A stretch of DNA of 32,000 bases from a cyanobacterium endosymbiont of Epithemia turgida isolate EtSB Lake Yunoko (GTDB lineage Bacteria > Cyanobacteriota > Cyanobacteriia > Cyanobacteriales > Microcystaceae), in assembly GCF_000829235.1 (NCBI RefSeq), contig NZ_AP012549.1:1770001-1802000 (forward strand), written 5' to 3'. Below are positions 28,763-32,000 of this stretch, piece by piece; position 1 is the stretch's first letter, and each line of letters opens with the position of its first letter. The translations under genes and the position numbers were made by a program. The notes under the pieces were generated by a model, which ran no database searches, was not told where the DNA came from, and saw nothing but the letters and a program-made list of their open reading frames with translations.

Positions 28763-29074
28763 ATAAACTTTAACTTCGTAATTGATAGGTAAATAAGGGA
28801 ATAAAATAAAAAAATACTTTAGATACAAAGAAATATATTGATTTCTCCTGCTAGATTATAGTCTGGAGAAAAATATAATATTCTTAAGGCAAGTTAGTTT
28901 AGCAGGTTTTCTTGTTAATAAGTTGTCTTAAGGTAAAAAGTTGCTCATAAGTGTTAATTTTATGTTCATGTATTTGAACATAAATCTAAATTTTACAAAC
29001 TCCCAACTTCTAATTTTAAATCCCTAGGTAGAATAAAAATAAAATTTTTTGAGAACAATTACAGTGATTATATA

Positions 29075-29117
29075 GTCCTAGCTGATAGGTCATGCCCAAT
29101 GACCTATCAGCTAGGAC
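29075..29117. repeat. 43-bp perfect palindrome
   Basis: gtcctagctgataggtcat - gccca - atgacctatcagctaggac. The 19-bp arms (29075-29093 and 29099-29117) are exact reverse complements. Confidence 0.95.
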
Positions 29118-29449
29118 AAAATTTCTGCTCTGTACACAGTATTGGATGTCATTTAAGTAATAGTTTCACATACCAGAGGATCTGAAGTTGATTTAAGTTA
29201 AGTGTAATTAACTCGAAATCCTAGTACTTTAGTCTGCTCCTAACAACGCTTAGAAAACTTAGGTCGGGAATTACCAATGGACAGCAACCTGGCTTGTGAG
29301 CCATTATTAGTAGATCAGCTCGTTTTTGAGTTAATTCTTCAACATTAGGATCTAAGATTTACATAGAATAGTAATCGTAACAAAGTTAACCTATATTTTT
29401 GGTAACTTACTCAATTTTTTTACTCTAACCCGTAGGAGGGGAAATTGTA

Positions 29450-29875
29450 ATGACAAACAAACCCAATGTTTCCCGAGAAAATGCTATTGAACAGGTAGAT
29501 GTTGAAATCATTAAAACTGACCAGACAACCTCCAATAACCCCCCCGTCCGACCAATACAAGATGAAACCAAGGCGTTAATTAAAGCTATTAAAACTAAAG
29601 CCTTTTCTGAAGTGCAAAAAGTAGGAGAATTTGCCCTTGATAACTATTTGGAAGCAGTTCGTAAGGCCCGCCAGGATATCGAGCGTCGACAACTATTTGA
29701 ACCAGAACAAATTGAAGATGCTATAAAGCAAATTCAAAAAGAAATTGAAAAAGACTGGGATTCGATTGTCAGTGAAATCACTAGTTTTAGTGATCGTCTT
29801 AATGAAGCTGCTAAAGCTGCCTGGGACATTTTAACTGCCTCGAAAGCTCAAGCAGATGAAGATAAGAAAAAGTAG
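29450..29875 (+). CDS. Hypothetical protein (141 aa), predicted helical/coiled-coil and charged
   Basis: Clean ORF with ATG 8 nt after a strong AGGAGGGG Shine-Dalgarno element. Its composition is coding-like relative to the flanking desert. I recognise no family. Confidence 0.65.
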   Translation: MTNKPNVSRENAIEQVDVEIIKTDQTTSNNPPVRPIQDETKALIKAIKTKAFSEVQKVGEFALDNYLEAVRKARQDIERRQLFEPEQIEDAIKQIQKEIEKDWDSIVSEITSFSDRLNEAAKAAWDILTASKAQADEDKKK

Positions 29876-30126
29876 GTGAAAGGATAAGGAAAGGAGAGGG
29901 GAAGAGGGAGTGACAAGAAAAAACTCCAACTTTCAACTTCTACTTTCTTTCTCTGTTCCAACTATAGTTGTCAAAAATTAGAGAATTACGTTAAATTTAG
30001 CTAAGATGACTTAAAAGTTTACACACATCAATATTAACTATGTCAGAAAACTTGATCAAAGTGGAATATTACACTGGTGACTGACATAATCTTTTTGATT
30101 AACCATTTATAGAGAAACACTAACCT

Positions 30127-32000
30127 ATGAAAATTTCTTGGAGAACTCTATTGCTCTGGAGTCTACTACTTTTAGTAGTAGGATTTTTTCTCTGGCAAGG
30201 GAAATTTTTTTCCTTCGGGACCAATATAGAAAGCAATAACGCTAATGCTCGTATGACCTACGGAAGATTCTTAGAATATCTAGATTCGGGTCGTATTCTT
30301 GAAGTTGACCTTTATGAAGGGGGGAGAACTGCAATTGTTCAAGCGGTTGATCCTGAATTAGAAAATCGAGTACAGCGATCACGGGTGGATTTGCCCATTA
30401 ATACTCCTGATTTGATAGCCAAATTAAGAAAAGCAGAGGTTGACCTCGAATCCCATCCAGTTCGTAATGAAGGGGCTTTATGGGGATTTTTAGGAAACTT
30501 ACTATTTCCCATTCTCTTGATTGGAGCATTATTCTTCCTCTTTCGTCGGTCTAATAATTTGCCAGGAGGCCCAGGTCAGGCAATGAGCTTTGGAAAATCC
30601 CGTGCTCGTTTTCAAATGGAAGCTAAAACCGACATAATATTCGATGATGTAGCCGGTATCGACGAAGCTAAAGAAGAATTACAAGAGGTTGTTACCTTCC
30701 TCAAACAACCTGAACGGTTTACAGCAGTCGGCGCACGAATTCCGAAAGGGGTTCTCCTAATTGGACCTCCTGGAACTGGGAAAACTTTGTTGGCAAAGGC
30801 AATTGCAGGTGAAGCAGGGGTTCCTTTCTTCAGTATTTCTGGTTCAGAATTTGTAGAAATGTTCGTAGGAGTAGGTGCTTCTCGCGTCCGTGATTTATTC
30901 AAAAAAGCCAAAGAAAATGCCCCTTGTTTAATCTTTATTGATGAAATTGATGCTGTTGGTCGTCAACGGGGCGCAGGTATCGGTGGTGGGAACGATGAAC
31001 GGGAACAAACTCTAAACCAATTGCTAACAGAAATGGACGGGTTTGAAGGCAATACAGGAATTATTATCATTGCAGCCACCAACCGTCCTGACGTCCTTGA
31101 CTCTGCCTTGATGCGTCCAGGTCGTTTTGACCGTCAGATCATTGTAGATGCCCCTGACTTCAAAGGCAGAATTGAAATCCTAGAAGTTCACTCCCGCAAT
31201 AAGAAACTCGATCCCGATGTGTCTATTGAGGCAATTGCCCGTCGTACCCCTGGGTTTAGTGGAGCAGATTTAGCCAACTTACTCAATGAAGCTGCCATTT
31301 TAACTGCCCGTCGTCGTAAGGAAACAATTACCTTGTTAGAAATTGACGATGCAGTTGATCGCGTCGTAGCTGGGATGGAGGGAACTCCCCTCGTCGATAG
31401 TAAGAATAAACGACTCATTGCCTACCATGAAGTGGGTCATGCGATTGTCGGAACTTTAGTTAAAGACCATGATCCCGTTCAGAAAGTCACTTTAATTCCT
31501 CGTGGTCAAGCGCAAGGGTTGACTTGGTTTACCCCTGGTGAAGAACAAGGGTTGACCACCAGAGCACAGCTCATGGCGCGTATTGCTGGAACGCTAGGAG
31601 GTCGTGCAGCCGAAGAAGAAGTCTTTGGTTATGATGAAACAACCACTGGTGCTGGTGGCGATTTACAGCAGGTTTCCGAGATGGCACGGCAAATGGTGAC
31701 TCGTTTTGGAATGAGTGACTTAGGACCTATCTCTTTGGAGAGTTCTTCTGGAGAGGTGTTCCTTGGAGGTGGGTTAATGAACCGTTCAGAATATTCTGAG
31801 GAAGTGGCTATGCGAATTGATCATCAAGTTCGGACTCTTGCTAAAGAGGGACATCAATTAGCACGGCAAATCATTAGAGATAACCGCGAAGTGATTGATC
31901 GCTTGGTAGAATTGTTAATCGAAAAAGAAACCATTGATGGTAAAGAATTTAGGCAAATTGTAGCTGAATATACTGAAGTTCCTGAAAAGGAAAAGTTTGT
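30127..32000 (+). CDS. ftsH: ATP-dependent zinc metalloprotease FtsH (3' end beyond the window)
   Basis: Own translation from ATG 30127: [24 protein letters not shown]...[31 protein letters not shown]. Walker A: [23 protein letters not shown]. Walker B: [14 protein letters not shown]: [20 protein letters not shown]. Zn site: HEVGHAIVG. The frame is open to 32000 (624 codons). It is not in the ORF track because no stop falls in the window. Track ORFs 30612..30911 and 31188..31418 are antisense artefacts. Confidence 0.97.
   Translation, partial: MKISWRTLLLWSLLLLVVGFFLWQGKFFSFGTNIESNNANARMTYGRFLEYLDSGRILEVDLYEGGRTAIVQAVDPELENRVQRSRVDLPINTPDLIAKLRKAEVDLESHPVRNEGALWGFLGNLLFPILLIGALFFLFRRSNNLPGGPGQAMSFGKSRARFQMEAKTDIIFDDVAGIDEAKEELQEVVTFLKQPERFTAVGARIPKGVLLIGPPGTGKTLLAKAIAGEAGVPFFSISGSEFVEMFVGVGASRVRDLFKKAKENAPCLIFIDEIDAVGRQRGAGIGGGNDEREQTLNQLLTEMDGFEGNTGIIIIAATNRPDVLDSALMRPGRFDRQIIVDAPDFKGRIEILEVHSRNKKLDPDVSIEAIARRTPGFSGADLANLLNEAAILTARRRKETITLLEIDDAVDRVVAGMEGTPLVDSKNKRLIAYHEVGHAIVGTLVKDHDPVQKVTLIPRGQAQGLTWFTPGEEQGLTTRAQLMARIAGTLGGRAAEEEVFGYDETTTGAGGDLQQVSEMARQMVTRFGMSDLGPISLESSSGEVFLGGGLMNRSEYSEEVAMRIDHQVRTLAKEGHQLARQIIRDNREVIDRLVELLIEKETIDGKEFRQIVAEYTEVPEKEKF

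Noticed and set aside
29878-29960. Polypurine tract (gaaaggataaggaaaggagaggggaagagggag) followed by a pyrimidine-rich tract after the 141-aa ORF
   Set aside because: The two tracts are only loosely complementary, and I could not draw a clean stem or terminator. It is noted only as a compositional oddity.
30612-31418. Track ORFs 30612..30911 (-) and 31188..31418 (-)
   Set aside because: They are antisense within ftsH and are shadow ORFs.

Overview
This is a 32-kb window of an AT-rich cyanobacterial chromosome. The lineage call rests on three perfect HIP1 octamers (GCGATCGC at 3756, 8705 and 13710) and on cyanobacteria-specific genes: pcyA, an NTRC-type thioredoxin reductase, PAP/fibrillin and an FtsH2-like protease.

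Intact genes, in order:
- fumC (5' end only, minus strand)
- class A PBP
- eno
- a short tatA-like gene
- PAP/fibrillin
- Mrp/ApbC Fe-S carrier
- RodA-type SEDS protein
- a 93-aa hypothetical
- aroH chorismate mutase and sppA
- an Orn/Lys/Arg-family PLP decarboxylase
- a zinc cluster: COG0523 GTPase plus znuA-znuC-znuB
- lnt
- an orphan NrtA/CmpA-family binding lipoprotein
- a 141-aa hypothetical
- ftsH (3' end runs out of the window)

By my coordinates only about 18.6 kb of the 32 kb is intact coding sequence. The rest is gene corpses and long A/T-run deserts with no usable ORFs. The corpses I could read by eye are gmd fused to fcl, pcyA with an in-frame TAA, and a heavily broken NTRC-type trxB. 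There are also unassigned decayed frames at about 6470-7130.

This pattern fits a genome undergoing reductive evolution. An example would be a N2-fixing unicellular cyanobacterial endosymbiont of the spheroid-body or UCYN-A type. That assignment is inference and cannot be proven from this window.

I found no CRISPR array, tRNA or rRNA gene, transposase, integrase, or convincing novel multi-gene system. The signals most worth a second look are:
- an in-frame octanucleotide tandem repeat inside the decarboxylase gene
- a set of long perfect inverted repeats unrelated in sequence, one of them copied from the eno coding 3' end
- coherent loss of light-linked functions (pcyA, NTRC)
- a tatA whose expected ATG reads ATA
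- a shared promoter-proximal motif in front of the two zinc transcription units
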